A DNA stretch of 44,990 nt from a virus. Taxonomy: Duplodnaviria > Caudoviricetes. Both the position numbers and the translations under genes were made by a program. This document shows positions 33,155-42,942 of the stretch, one piece after another; the first letter of the stretch is position 1, and every line of letters starts with the position of its first letter. The notes beneath the pieces were generated by a model. The model ran no database searches. It was not told the DNA's origin and was given only the letters and a program-made list of their open reading frames with translations. The stretch covers positions 1 through 44,990 of IMG/VR virus record IMGVR_UViG_3300024287_000001; one strand, given 5' to 3'.

Positions 33155-33867
33155 CGACGTTCAGCAAGGGATTCATTTCCCGCAAGGGTTTGGGCTGGCC
33201 CGCTACGGCGGCCCGAGCCCAGGTGGGCAACCCCCTCGGGGTCAAGGTCCACTACGAAGGAACGGTCTCGCCGGTGCGAGACCACGCGTACTGCAAGTCC
33301 TATTGGACCGGCATTCGCAACTCCCACCTCGCGAACACGAAGGAGGGCTACAGTGACATCGCGTACTCAATGGGCGTCTGTCGTCACGGCTATGTGCTGG
33401 AGGGCCGTGGTCCTGGACACCAGACCGCAGCGAACGGAAACCAGGCTCTTAACAGGGCTCATTACTCCGTCTGCGTCCTCTACGGCACCAACGACCACAG
33501 CGTCACGGAAGCCGTCGTCACTGGAGTAAGGGAGGCGATCCAATATCTCCGCGAGCACGGCGCGGGTAAGGAGATCAAGGGGCACCGGGACGGTTACGCA
33601 ACCGCCTGCCCCGGAGATCCTCTTTACGCCCTCGTGAAGTCCGGCAAGTTCGAGCCCGTGAAGGCTTCGACTCCCCGATCGATAGACAAGGTGAACACCG
33701 ACATGACCCCTGAGCAGGATGCCCGGCTGAAGCGAATCGAAGAGGGACTTGCTCAGAAGCCGTGGACGTACAAGAACCCGAAGCTGACCGGTGACGTGCC
33801 GGACATGCACCAGCGAGTGCTGGACATCGAAAAGAAGCTGGACGCCATTCTGGCAAAGCTTAAGTAA
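33151..33867 (+). CDS. Endolysin, N-acetylmuramoyl-L-alanine amidase (Amidase_2/PGRP-like)
   Basis: VHY, GYSDIAYS, EGRG, GHRD, TACPG motifs; ATGA overlap with terL. Confidence 0.92.
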   Translation: MTTFSKGFISRKGLGWPATAARAQVGNPLGVKVHYEGTVSPVRDHAYCKSYWTGIRNSHLANTKEGYSDIAYSMGVCRHGYVLEGRGPGHQTAANGNQALNRAHYSVCVLYGTNDHSVTEAVVTGVREAIQYLREHGAGKEIKGHRDGYATACPGDPLYALVKSGKFEPVKASTPRSIDKVNTDMTPEQDARLKRIEEGLAQKPWTYKNPKLTGDVPDMHQRVLDIEKKLDAILAKLK

Positions 33868-33878
33868 TCGGAGGCAAC

Positions 33879-35675
33879 ATGGCCAGGACCCTCGAACACA
33901 TTAGCCAGCGAGTAGAGTCTCTGCGCCGTGCCAGCTCCGAACGCGATCAGCGCAGGCGGGATGTCGCAGACGTCCGCTCCGGCAAGGTTGACAACGTCAT
34001 GCCAGGCTCTATGCCTGAAGCGTGGCCGCGGCCGATCGTTGCCAACCTGATCGATACGTCTGCCCGTGACACGGCAGAGGTGATGGGCGCCATGCCTAGC
34101 ATCAACTGTTCAGCTGGACGGCAGACAACCGAGAAGGCCAAGAACTTCTCGGGCAAGCGAACCAAGATTGCCAATCACTACGTACAGGAGTCCGGCCTCA
34201 GGGCCGGACGCCAGGTCGTAGCAGCCGACTACTACGGCACCTATGCCACGGTGATCTACAAGATCGAGCCGGACTTCGAGATGAAGCGCCCGCACATCAG
34301 GGTTATCAACCCCATGGGCACCTACATCGAGAAGGACCTCTTCGGTCGCCTCAAGAGTTTCAGCCGGGTGTGGACCGAAGAGGCCATTCATCTGGTCACG
34401 AAGTATCCGCACCTCCTCCGCACCCTCCGCCCCGAGAATCAGAGCATGTCAGGTTCCCAGGGTTGGGCGGAGCGGAAGATTGAAGTTGTCCAGTACGAGG
34501 ACGCAGACCAGTTGGTCATGTACCTCCCCGCTCACGGCAACCAGCTCGTCAGCTCGATGCCCAACCCGATGGAACGGGTCATGGTCGCAGTCGGGGAACG
34601 CCCCGGCTTCGATGGTGAAACCCGCGGCGCCTATGACGACGCCATCTGGGTTCAGCTCGCCAAGGCCCGCATGGCCTTGCTGGGACTGGAGGCTACCGAG
34701 AAGACAGTGCGAGCACCGCTTGCCGTTCCTCGCGACGTCCAGAAGATGAACTTCGGCGACGACGCGATCATCCGCACGGACTCCCCGGACAAGATCAGGC
34801 GAGTCGGCATCGATGTGCCCAGTGCTGCATTCCAAGAAGGCGCCATGCTCGAACAGGAGCTGCGTGTCGGAACGCGCACTCCTGAGGCCCGGTCCGGCAA
34901 TATGGATGCCTCGGTCATTACGGGCCGGGGAGTCCAGGCGCTGATGGGTGGCTTCAACACCGTCATCGCAACCGGACAGTCTGTGCTTGCCGAGACGATG
35001 GCTTTTGCCATCGAGCTCTGTTTCGTCATGGACGAGAAGCTGTGGGGCAACGACAAGAAGACCATCCGCGGAACGGTACAGGGAACTCCCTTCGAGGAGA
35101 CCTACATCCCCAGCAAGGATATCGCTGGCGATACTACCGTGGATGTTACCTACGGCTTCGCTGCCGGACAGGACCCCGCAAGGGCGATCGTAGGTCTCCT
35201 CCAGCTTCGAGGCGACCAACTCATCTCCCGCGACTTCTTCCAGCGGCAGCTGCCCATGGAGATCGACGTCGCTCAGATGCAGATCCAGATCGACAATGAA
35301 CAGATGGTCGATGCGATCAAGCAGGGCATGATGGGTTACGCGCAGGCCATCCCGCAGATGGCCTTGCAGGGGCAGGATCCGGTCGAAGCGCTCAAGCGGC
35401 TGGCCGACATGATGAAGCTCCGAGAGAAGGGCGAGTCCATCCAGGATGCAGTCCTCAAGGTCTTCACTCCGCCGAAGGGCGCAGAAGCCCCCCAGAACCC
35501 CTTGGAAGCGATGCTTGGGGGTGGAGGCCCGGCAGGACCTGGCGGAGCCCCACAGGGGCCTTCAGGGGCCATGCAGGCACCACAGGGCATGGACTTGCAG
35601 ACAGCCCTGGCGGGGCTGACCTCTTCGGGTCAGCCGAACATGAGCGTGAAGACGTCACGCCAGCAAGCGATCTAG
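33879..35675 (+). CDS. Portal protein
   Basis: 598 aa downstream of terminase; VANLID motif, Gln/Pro/Gly-rich tail typical of podovirus portals. Confidence 0.85.
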   Translation: MARTLEHISQRVESLRRASSERDQRRRDVADVRSGKVDNVMPGSMPEAWPRPIVANLIDTSARDTAEVMGAMPSINCSAGRQTTEKAKNFSGKRTKIANHYVQESGLRAGRQVVAADYYGTYATVIYKIEPDFEMKRPHIRVINPMGTYIEKDLFGRLKSFSRVWTEEAIHLVTKYPHLLRTLRPENQSMSGSQGWAERKIEVVQYEDADQLVMYLPAHGNQLVSSMPNPMERVMVAVGERPGFDGETRGAYDDAIWVQLAKARMALLGLEATEKTVRAPLAVPRDVQKMNFGDDAIIRTDSPDKIRRVGIDVPSAAFQEGAMLEQELRVGTRTPEARSGNMDASVITGRGVQALMGGFNTVIATGQSVLAETMAFAIELCFVMDEKLWGNDKKTIRGTVQGTPFEETYIPSKDIAGDTTVDVTYGFAAGQDPARAIVGLLQLRGDQLISRDFFQRQLPMEIDVAQMQIQIDNEQMVDAIKQGMMGYAQAIPQMALQGQDPVEALKRLADMMKLREKGESIQDAVLKVFTPPKGAEAPQNPLEAMLGGGGPAGPGGAPQGPSGAMQAPQGMDLQTALAGLTSSGQPNMSVKTSRQQAI

Positions 35676-35684
35676 GAGGATCAC

Positions 35685-35945
35685 ATGGCAACCGGTACCG
35701 AGATGGACATGATCCCTACCAGCGGGCTCTTCGCTGGTGACCACCAGGCAGTCAACGCCTGGGCGACCGAAGGGCAGACCCTGCCCGCAATGCTTCAGAT
35801 GCCGATGGAGTCCATGGCCAAGGGCGACAGCCGTCACCAGACGGACAACGTCAACCAGCTCTGGAACACCACGGTCATCGTCAACACTCCGATCACCGGC
35901 GGCGGCGGCGCCACAATGCAGAAGCCGCTTGCCGGAAACCTGTAA
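35685..35945 (+). CDS. Hypothetical virion protein
   Basis: SD AGGAGG. Confidence 0.75.
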   Translation: MATGTEMDMIPTSGLFAGDHQAVNAWATEGQTLPAMLQMPMESMAKGDSRHQTDNVNQLWNTTVIVNTPITGGGGATMQKPLAGNL

Positions 35946-35953
35946 GGACTGAC

Positions 35954-36160
35954 ATGAACGAGGAAGGCATCAGCTTCAGACTGGCACGAAAGCATGGGCC
36001 GATGACCTATCTCGTACTCGGTCTGAACTACGTGACTCAGGTGCTCCTGGAGACTGCGGATTTTGTGGGCCAAGTGACAGAGGCCACAGCTCAGCACCGG
36101 GAGCACCTGATTGACCAGGAACACTTCGAGGAAGCGATTGGAGGCTTCGATGGCGAATGA
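35954..36160 (+). CDS. Hypothetical protein
   Basis: SD AAGGA. Confidence 0.7.
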   Translation: MNEEGISFRLARKHGPMTYLVLGLNYVTQVLLETADFVGQVTEATAQHREHLIDQEHFEEAIGGFDGE

Positions 36161-36578
36161 ACCCGTCTCCGGCCCTGGCAAGTTCAGTCAGCGCACGGAC
36201 AAGGCAGTCAGCAACGCCAACACGAATCTCCCCAACGCAGGCTACGGAGAGAACGCAGACTTTCAGGATCTCAGAGCGGGCGCCCCGATGGCGTCCTCTC
36301 CTGGAGTTCCTTCAGACATAGGCTCCCTGATGGGAGCCATGCGCCCTGAGGCGATCGGACTTGGCGAGCCTACCTCGCAACCTGACGTACCGGTCACCGA
36401 TGGCGCAGCGCTAGGTCCCGGGGCTGGCATGGAGGCCATTTCACCTCCGCCACAGGATCCGGCGACTGGCCGCAACCAGTCATGGATGGCAGCCCTGATG
36501 TTCATGGCAGACCAGCCCAACTCCAGCGATGCAGCACGCAACGCTGTCCGAGCATTGAAGTCCAACCTAGGAATGTAA
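36150..36578 (+). CDS. Pro/Gly-rich virion protein
   Basis: SD GGAGG before MANEPVSGPGKFSQRTD. Confidence 0.75.
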   Translation: MANEPVSGPGKFSQRTDKAVSNANTNLPNAGYGENADFQDLRAGAPMASSPGVPSDIGSLMGAMRPEAIGLGEPTSQPDVPVTDGAALGPGAGMEAISPPPQDPATGRNQSWMAALMFMADQPNSSDAARNAVRALKSNLGM

Positions 36579-36589
36579 GAGGAGGTCCT

Positions 36590-39500
36590 ATGAGCCGCTG
36601 GTGGGACACGAACATGGCCAGCGCCAGTCAGGCGCTGTACACAGACCCGTCGATGGCTCTTGAGGCTGCAACCGTTCCGGACTCGGTCTTCACTGGGGCC
36701 AATGCGCAGCCGACAAGCCTTCTCGATCAGGACCAGCAGGCCCGTCAGCAGGATGAGTACGACCAGGTCAAGCAGAAGGTTCAGAAGAAGCGTTCCGGAT
36801 TCCTGGGCGCCATCCTGGACGGCTTCGACAAGGCTGACGACGTAGCCAACTCGGTCAGTGGCGGCATCTGGGACAAGGTTCAGGATAACGTGCTGATGCC
36901 AGTCGGCAAGGCAGTCTGGTATCCGGTGGACAAGCTTGCTTCCGGTGCTTACTGGCTCTACTCGAACGCCGTCTCCCAGCCTCTCTCTACCGCCATTCTT
37001 CAGTCCGCCAAGGCCAACACGTCTGGCGACTGGGGACAGCTGTTCGACAGGTCTGAGTGGAGCGACGCTTACGACAAGGCCGAGAACATCAGTCCTGGAC
37101 AGGCCCTGTACAACGCAGGTCTGACCGAGGCCGGACAGGGCAAAATTCCCCTGACCAACATTGAGCTTCCTGGTGGTGCTGGTGCAGCCATGCGCACAGC
37201 CAGCAAGGACGTCAATCGCAATACCGAGCGCTTCCTTTATGACACGGACTACTGGCGCGACAAGACCGGCTGGGGCTATACCGTGGGCACTGGCGCCACC
37301 GACTTCATGATTCAGATTGAAGCTGACCCCACGACCTATTTGACTATGGGCGCGTCATCGATCCTCAAGGGTATTCGAACTGTCAAGTTCGCAGAGCGTG
37401 GAGGGACCCTGGTCCGAGACCAGGGCGCCATCGTCAACACAGCCAAGAAGCTTGCAGGCAAGCAGCCCCAGACTGTTGAGGATGTCGCCAAGGGCAAGAA
37501 CATGACGGACTTCTTCGACTGGATTGCCAGCCCCGGCATCAACGGGGCGGAGCGGAAGACTGCTGCAGAGATTGCACAGCATCCGATCTTCGGTCGCGGT
37601 CGTCGCCCAGCTCAGGCCAAGAACCAGATCGCCCAGGTGTTCGCCACCACGGCACGTGAAGACATGCCGTTGATGTACAAGTACTTCGCGGGTGACACGG
37701 GAGCGGCTGCTCAGCTTGTCGATAAGGGCTCCAACGTTCTGGACAACATCGGGCGTGTAGCAGACAACCGCAAGCTTGTGGACTCTGCCAGCTTCGATCC
37801 GGCGCTGCTCGCCTACTTTGCAGAGAAGCAGGGCATCAAGGTTCCGGCTGGCACTGCCCTGAAGAATCCGGGTATAGCTCCAACCCTGAACCCCGAAATC
37901 CTCAGTCTTCACGAGCAGGCCGCCAAGGCCGTTGTTGCAGCCAAGCCGAGGGTTAAGATCAATGCGGCTGGCATGGTGTCCCGGGCCTTCGCTCAGGATG
38001 CCAACACCTGGAAGGCTGCCAAGCTGGACCTGATCGACCAGGAGCTGGCTCGCACTGAGGGTATCGGCACGATGCTCCGCACCGCACTTGCCGAGAACCT
38101 GGGCAAGGATGCAGAGGAGTTCTCGACTGCCGTTCGTGGTGCTCACCTGTTTGGCTCCCTGCCTACTGCATATCGCATGGGTGGAGGCGTCTTCAACACC
38201 GAGTCCGCAGCCACCCGCAAGGTGGCGAGGAAGTTCGCCGACCGCAAGGGCCGTATGGCTCCGGGCATCAGGGGCGTCTTTAGCACCGAGGGTCTGCGGC
38301 AGGGGTTCTACGGAACCCCGATCCGCATGGTCCAGGCGTTCGGCGACAAGACTCCGATTGGCCGCATCAATCACAACGACATTGACGCGGGCGACCGCGT
38401 CTTCGAGATGCTGCGAGAAGTTCCCGCACTGGGGGCTGAGCGGCGCGCGACCCTGCTGGACAAGTACATGACGGCGGGCGACAAGACTGCCAAGTCCAGG
38501 GCGCTCAACGAGATCCACGAGGAAGTTCTCAACCACATCGCTCAGCGTGTCCATGGCCTTGATCCCGAGGTTGCGAACATCATGAACGGCATGGTGAAGG
38601 TCGGCGTTGAGAGCACGGTCAACAAGCTCATGTCGAAGACTGTGGGTTCAAGCAGGTTCGGCACCAAGCAGGCATTCTCGTCTGCGCTGGACGACACTGG
38701 CAAAACGGTGGACCACGTAGAGGATGGCATCGGTTGGGCCGTAAGCCCGCTGGCCAAGACTCAGCTCTCCCAGACCGACTCGCTTCTCCCGATCCGGGAG
38801 ATCAACCGAGTGATCGGGCGCCACTCGGGCAGCATCAAGAAGCTGCGGCAGTGGGGTGGCAACAGCGCTGACGTGATGCGCGCATTCTCCGATGGCTTCA
38901 ACACCATCTGGAAGGCGTCCACACTTCTCCGCCCCGCCTATACGGCCCGAATGGTTTCCGAGGAGCTGGCGGCAGCTGCTATCAAGTTCGGCTTCATGTC
39001 GCACATCGTCGGTGGTGGCTCAACAGGCGCAAAGAACTTCGTGCTCAACAGGGCCCAGTACATCAATGCAGAGCTCGGTGAACTGGGAGGTCTCCGCAAG
39101 GCCACCAGTGCCGGTTCCTACGCGCCCACTACGGGCGCGGGCGTGGACTCCAGCCTGAGCGTTGTAGCGCTCGGAGACGAGGACCTGATCGCTAAGGTCA
39201 ACGCTCGCAGGGCTACGCTTCAGCAGGAGATTGCAGCCGAGACCGACAACGTCAAGAAGGCTCAGCTTCAGGGTCAGCTCAAGGCCATGAAGACCAGCAG
39301 GATCCGGGTCAACAAGGCACTCCCGGTCATCGACGCTCGCATCAAGATGGAGCGTGAAGCTCAGGCGAAGATTGAGTCCGAGCTCAATCGCTTCACCTCG
39401 AAGCGTGACAAGATCCTGGCAAATCACGAAGGCAAGTCGACGCTTCCGCCTCGGTCCCAGGTTGCGCTTGATGAGCACAATGCCAAGATCCAGGACCTGA

Positions 39501-42037
39501 CCGACCGCATCGGCGACCACCAGAACGTGATCGACGAGTTCGGCGAGTACTCGAACTACGTACTCCAGCGAGCAATCGCCTCCACTGGGCGTCGCGTGGG
39601 TGAGGGCACCTTTGAGCACCGGGGGGTTCAGATTCCTCAGGCATTCTCAAGGGAGTGGAACAATCCGATCAGCCGTGGGCAGTTTGATGCTGAAGGCGAG
39701 GTGGCTGCAAGTGCCATCTTCGCTCGGGGCGAAGCTGTCGACAAGGAGCGACTGATTGCCACTGGCTCTTGGGACTACATCACCCCGGACCGGCCTCAGC
39801 ACATGGTCGAATGGCTGAACGCGCTGAACCGTCAGTTCGCTCAGGATGATGGCTACCGACTGATGATGGAAGACTCGACAGGCGCCAAGGCTCGGGAGTT
39901 CTTTTCGACTCCCGCCGGTAAGCAGCACCTGAAGGACATCGGCGGACAGGGCAAGGACGTCGACAAGCTGATTGAACGTCTCGGCTTGACTCTGGACAAG
40001 TACCTGCCTGAGTACACTGGCCTGCGGCAGAAGCTGCTTGACGGTGATGACCTCACCAGGGCCGACCTTCAGCGGGCAATCCCTGAGCGAGACTTCCCGG
40101 TCGTCCACGGCCAAGAGGTTCTGGACAAGACTGCCCTGTGGGGTAAGCACCAGCCTGGCAACATCCTGGACGCGGCCATCAAGAACGGCTTCAAGCGACT
40201 GGGCGCCATCCCTTCATCCATCATGTCTCGCAACCCTGTATACGTTAAGTTCCAGGAAGGGCGGATGAAGGAACTGATCGACCGGGAGCTCCAGGTTCGA
40301 GTGAGCCAGGGCAAGGCGGAAGCCTTGACCCGGGATGAGATCGAGAACCTGATGCACCAGTCGGACAGGCTGGCCCGCAAGGACATGACTCAGATCGTCT
40401 ATGACCCGCAGCGAACCACTGCATCGGAGGCACTCCGGTTCATCGCCCCCTTCTACTCCGCCCATGCTGATGGACTCGCCCGCTGGGGCGGGCTCATCGC
40501 CGAGAAGCCTGAATACCTGGGCAGGATTGCTCAGATCTATAACGCTCCAGTGGCCGCTCACATGGTCACGGACAACCAGGGCAATCTGGTTGACCAGCAC
40601 GGCTACTCGGAGATCCACGATCCGCAGACGGGCAAGGTCCTCAGTAAGCACTTCGTCCCGATTGAGGAGAGGGTGCTCCACTTCAAGGCGCCTTGGGCGT
40701 CGAAGGGCAGTGGCTCTGTGCCGGTCAAGATTCAGGCACTGAACACCATTCTGCCTGGAGATCCCTGGTTCAACCCGGGTTCGGGACCGATCGTTCAGAT
40801 CGCTGGTACTCAGATCGCCAAGGCGTCGCCCCAGGCGGGCGACTTCCTCCAGTGGGCAAAGATTCTCCCTTACGGGCCTTCGGGTTCCTTCATGGAGGCA
40901 ATCACGCCCAAGTACATGAGGGCGATGTGGGACAACTACCAGGGCGCAGACCCGGACAACGTCGAATACCAGAAGGCTTACACCGCTATCTGGCAGCGTA
41001 AGCAGATGGAGTTCCATGACGGTGAGCAGGCATTCACCGCTGCTCACCCGGACGCGACTCCGGAAGAGGAGCGCAGGGCCCTTGAGCGATACACCTTCAG
41101 CCAGAAGGACATCGAGAATGAGGCCAAGCAGTTCCTGTTCTTGAATGTCCTGGAAGCCTGGGGTTCTCCGGCTCAGACGAAGTCGACGCCCCTGACAGGC
41201 TCGCCTTATCAGTTCTACGTGGACCAGCTTGCCTCCATGAGGAAGGCTGACCCCGAGAACGGAACCGAAAGGTTCCTCGCCGAACACGGCTCTGACTATG
41301 CGGTCTTCACTGCCTCGCTCACCAAGAGCATGGGCATTGCGGCCACCATCAGCGCAGACCGGCAGGCGGAGAAGTACAGGGATGAGATCACTGCCGATCC
41401 TGATATGGCAGCGTTCTGGGTAGGCGACGTCTATAACGGTGGCGCCTTCAGCGCTTCGGTGTATCAGAAGCAGATGGACCAGTCCTTCGGCGCCAGCAAG
41501 ACTCGTGAGGCGATTCCCGCGGAGCAGGCTATTGAGAACAGCCAGGTTTCTACCGGGTGGTCCGACTACAAGGCAGGCAAGGGATACCTTGACAGTCTTC
41601 TGATCCGCAACGGCCTGAGATCCTACAGCCAGAATGGTGCCGAGCAGTTCAACAACGCCAGGCAGCAGCTTGTTGCCAACCTCTCCGCCAAGTATCCCGC
41701 ATGGGGTGAGGCGTTCGCGGTGACAGACCGAGGGAAGATTCCCAGCCGGATCACCTCCTTCGAGAAGGCCGTGAATGACGAGAAGCTGAGTCAGGATCCA
41801 CTACGCCAGGATATCCCGAAGCTGAGGCAATACCTGGAAGGTCGCCGGTACTTCAAGGCGGTTCTTCAGTCTAGAGGACTTCAGCAGCTGTCCTACGATG
41901 CGGGTGGCCAGCCTTCGGGCGAAGCCCAGGATATCGGCTATGCATGGGACCAGTTCAAGATGGGCCTCATGAACAGCAGCATTCAGTTCAGTGATCTGTA
42001 TAACCGTTACCTGTCAAGCGACGACTTGCAAGGATAA
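36590..42037 (+). CDS. Large internal virion (DNA ejection) protein, 1815 aa
   Basis: SD AGGAGG before ATG 36590; helical, coiled-coil segment; podoviral context; no polymerase motifs seen. Confidence 0.7.
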   Translation: MSRWWDTNMASASQALYTDPSMALEAATVPDSVFTGANAQPTSLLDQDQQARQQDEYDQVKQKVQKKRSGFLGAILDGFDKADDVANSVSGGIWDKVQDNVLMPVGKAVWYPVDKLASGAYWLYSNAVSQPLSTAILQSAKANTSGDWGQLFDRSEWSDAYDKAENISPGQALYNAGLTEAGQGKIPLTNIELPGGAGAAMRTASKDVNRNTERFLYDTDYWRDKTGWGYTVGTGATDFMIQIEADPTTYLTMGASSILKGIRTVKFAERGGTLVRDQGAIVNTAKKLAGKQPQTVEDVAKGKNMTDFFDWIASPGINGAERKTAAEIAQHPIFGRGRRPAQAKNQIAQVFATTAREDMPLMYKYFAGDTGAAAQLVDKGSNVLDNIGRVADNRKLVDSASFDPALLAYFAEKQGIKVPAGTALKNPGIAPTLNPEILSLHEQAAKAVVAAKPRVKINAAGMVSRAFAQDANTWKAAKLDLIDQELARTEGIGTMLRTALAENLGKDAEEFSTAVRGAHLFGSLPTAYRMGGGVFNTESAATRKVARKFADRKGRMAPGIRGVFSTEGLRQGFYGTPIRMVQAFGDKTPIGRINHNDIDAGDRVFEMLREVPALGAERRATLLDKYMTAGDKTAKSRALNEIHEEVLNHIAQRVHGLDPEVANIMNGMVKVGVESTVNKLMSKTVGSSRFGTKQAFSSALDDTGKTVDHVEDGIGWAVSPLAKTQLSQTDSLLPIREINRVIGRHSGSIKKLRQWGGNSADVMRAFSDGFNTIWKASTLLRPAYTARMVSEELAAAAIKFGFMSHIVGGGSTGAKNFVLNRAQYINAELGELGGLRKATSAGSYAPTTGAGVDSSLSVVALGDEDLIAKVNARRATLQQEIAAETDNVKKAQLQGQLKAMKTSRIRVNKALPVIDARIKMEREAQAKIESELNRFTSKRDKILANHEGKSTLPPRSQVALDEHNAKIQDLTDRIGDHQNVIDEFGEYSNYVLQRAIASTGRRVGEGTFEHRGVQIPQAFSREWNNPISRGQFDAEGEVAASAIFARGEAVDKERLIATGSWDYITPDRPQHMVEWLNALNRQFAQDDGYRLMMEDSTGAKAREFFSTPAGKQHLKDIGGQGKDVDKLIERLGLTLDKYLPEYTGLRQKLLDGDDLTRADLQRAIPERDFPVVHGQEVLDKTALWGKHQPGNILDAAIKNGFKRLGAIPSSIMSRNPVYVKFQEGRMKELIDRELQVRVSQGKAEALTRDEIENLMHQSDRLARKDMTQIVYDPQRTTASEALRFIAPFYSAHADGLARWGGLIAEKPEYLGRIAQIYNAPVAAHMVTDNQGNLVDQHGYSEIHDPQTGKVLSKHFVPIEERVLHFKAPWASKGSGSVPVKIQALNTILPGDPWFNPGSGPIVQIAGTQIAKASPQAGDFLQWAKILPYGPSGSFMEAITPKYMRAMWDNYQGADPDNVEYQKAYTAIWQRKQMEFHDGEQAFTAAHPDATPEEERRALERYTFSQKDIENEAKQFLFLNVLEAWGSPAQTKSTPLTGSPYQFYVDQLASMRKADPENGTERFLAEHGSDYAVFTASLTKSMGIAATISADRQAEKYRDEITADPDMAAFWVGDVYNGGAFSASVYQKQMDQSFGASKTREAIPAEQAIENSQVSTGWSDYKAGKGYLDSLLIRNGLRSYSQNGAEQFNNARQQLVANLSAKYPAWGEAFAVTDRGKIPSRITSFEKAVNDEKLSQDPLRQDIPKLRQYLEGRRYFKAVLQSRGLQQLSYDAGGQPSGEAQDIGYAWDQFKMGLMNSSIQFSDLYNRYLSSDDLQG

Positions 42038-42046
42038 GGAGGTATC

Positions 42047-42940
42047 ATGGGAGTGAAGGCCGACCCAACCATTCCGTCTCAGTTCGGATTGGACCAGAAC
42101 TCTCGCGGGGCTTCCGTCCTGCAGTCCAATGGCATCAGCATCAGTGGCGGATCAACGGTTACAGCGCCCGGGGTTTCGGCCCCGGGCGTGTTCACCCCAC
42201 AGCCTGGAACGCCCACAAGCAAGGTCTATCTGGGGCAGAGCTACCAGGGTTCGACACTCACGAAGAACTATAAGAGCTTCGATGAGGCAAACCTACTGCC
42301 CACTACGTGGTCCCAGAAAGAGCTGAGGGACTTCGTGAACAAGGGAATCCTGTACAAGGCTCAGGGATTCAGCGCCGACATGGGAATGCCTGAGATCATT
42401 CAGGCGTGGGGCAACCTGGTGGACGCTTCGCAGCTTCTCTCCAAGTCCGGAACGGACTGGTCTCCGAATGATGTGCTGGAGTCTTACAACCAGAAGCCTG
42501 GCGCCTTCGGCACCGTCAAGGATCAAAGTGGTGACTGGCTCCTTGACGCCCGCACTGGCGACAGGATCAAGTACATCGGGCCCCGTAGCAAGACTACGAC
42601 GGAGAGCCGAGTGGACCTTTCCTCTCCTGAGGACGTCAGGGCCATTACGACTCAGACACTCACTCAGGTCCTTGGTCGAGCACCTACGGCCGAAGAGCTT
42701 GCCAAGTACCGCACCGCAATGGGCGCTTATGAGCAGGCTCATCCTGGCGTGGCCACCACGACCACAACCCTGAACGACAAGGGCGAAGAGGTCAGCAGTA
42801 ATACCACCACTTCAGGCGGCGTTGACGACGCCGCCAGGCAGTCGCTCATCACCGAGCAGGCCAAGAAGGGCCCCGAGTACGGCAAGTTCCAGTCGGCAAC
42901 GACTTACTTCAACGCGATGATGCAGATGATGGGAGGTTAA
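42047..42940 (+). CDS. Internal virion protein
   Basis: SD AAGGAGG; LGRAPTAEEL motif; lies between ejection genes. Confidence 0.65.
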   Translation: MGVKADPTIPSQFGLDQNSRGASVLQSNGISISGGSTVTAPGVSAPGVFTPQPGTPTSKVYLGQSYQGSTLTKNYKSFDEANLLPTTWSQKELRDFVNKGILYKAQGFSADMGMPEIIQAWGNLVDASQLLSKSGTDWSPNDVLESYNQKPGAFGTVKDQSGDWLLDARTGDRIKYIGPRSKTTTESRVDLSSPEDVRAITTQTLTQVLGRAPTAEELAKYRTAMGAYEQAHPGVATTTTTLNDKGEEVSSNTTTSGGVDDAARQSLITEQAKKGPEYGKFQSATTYFNAMMQMMGG

Positions 42941-42942
42941 CC

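Noticed and set aside
36482-42037. Virion RNA polymerase or tape measure; start at 36482
   Set aside because: No RNAP catalytic motifs or tape-measure context seen; the SD supports ATG 36590
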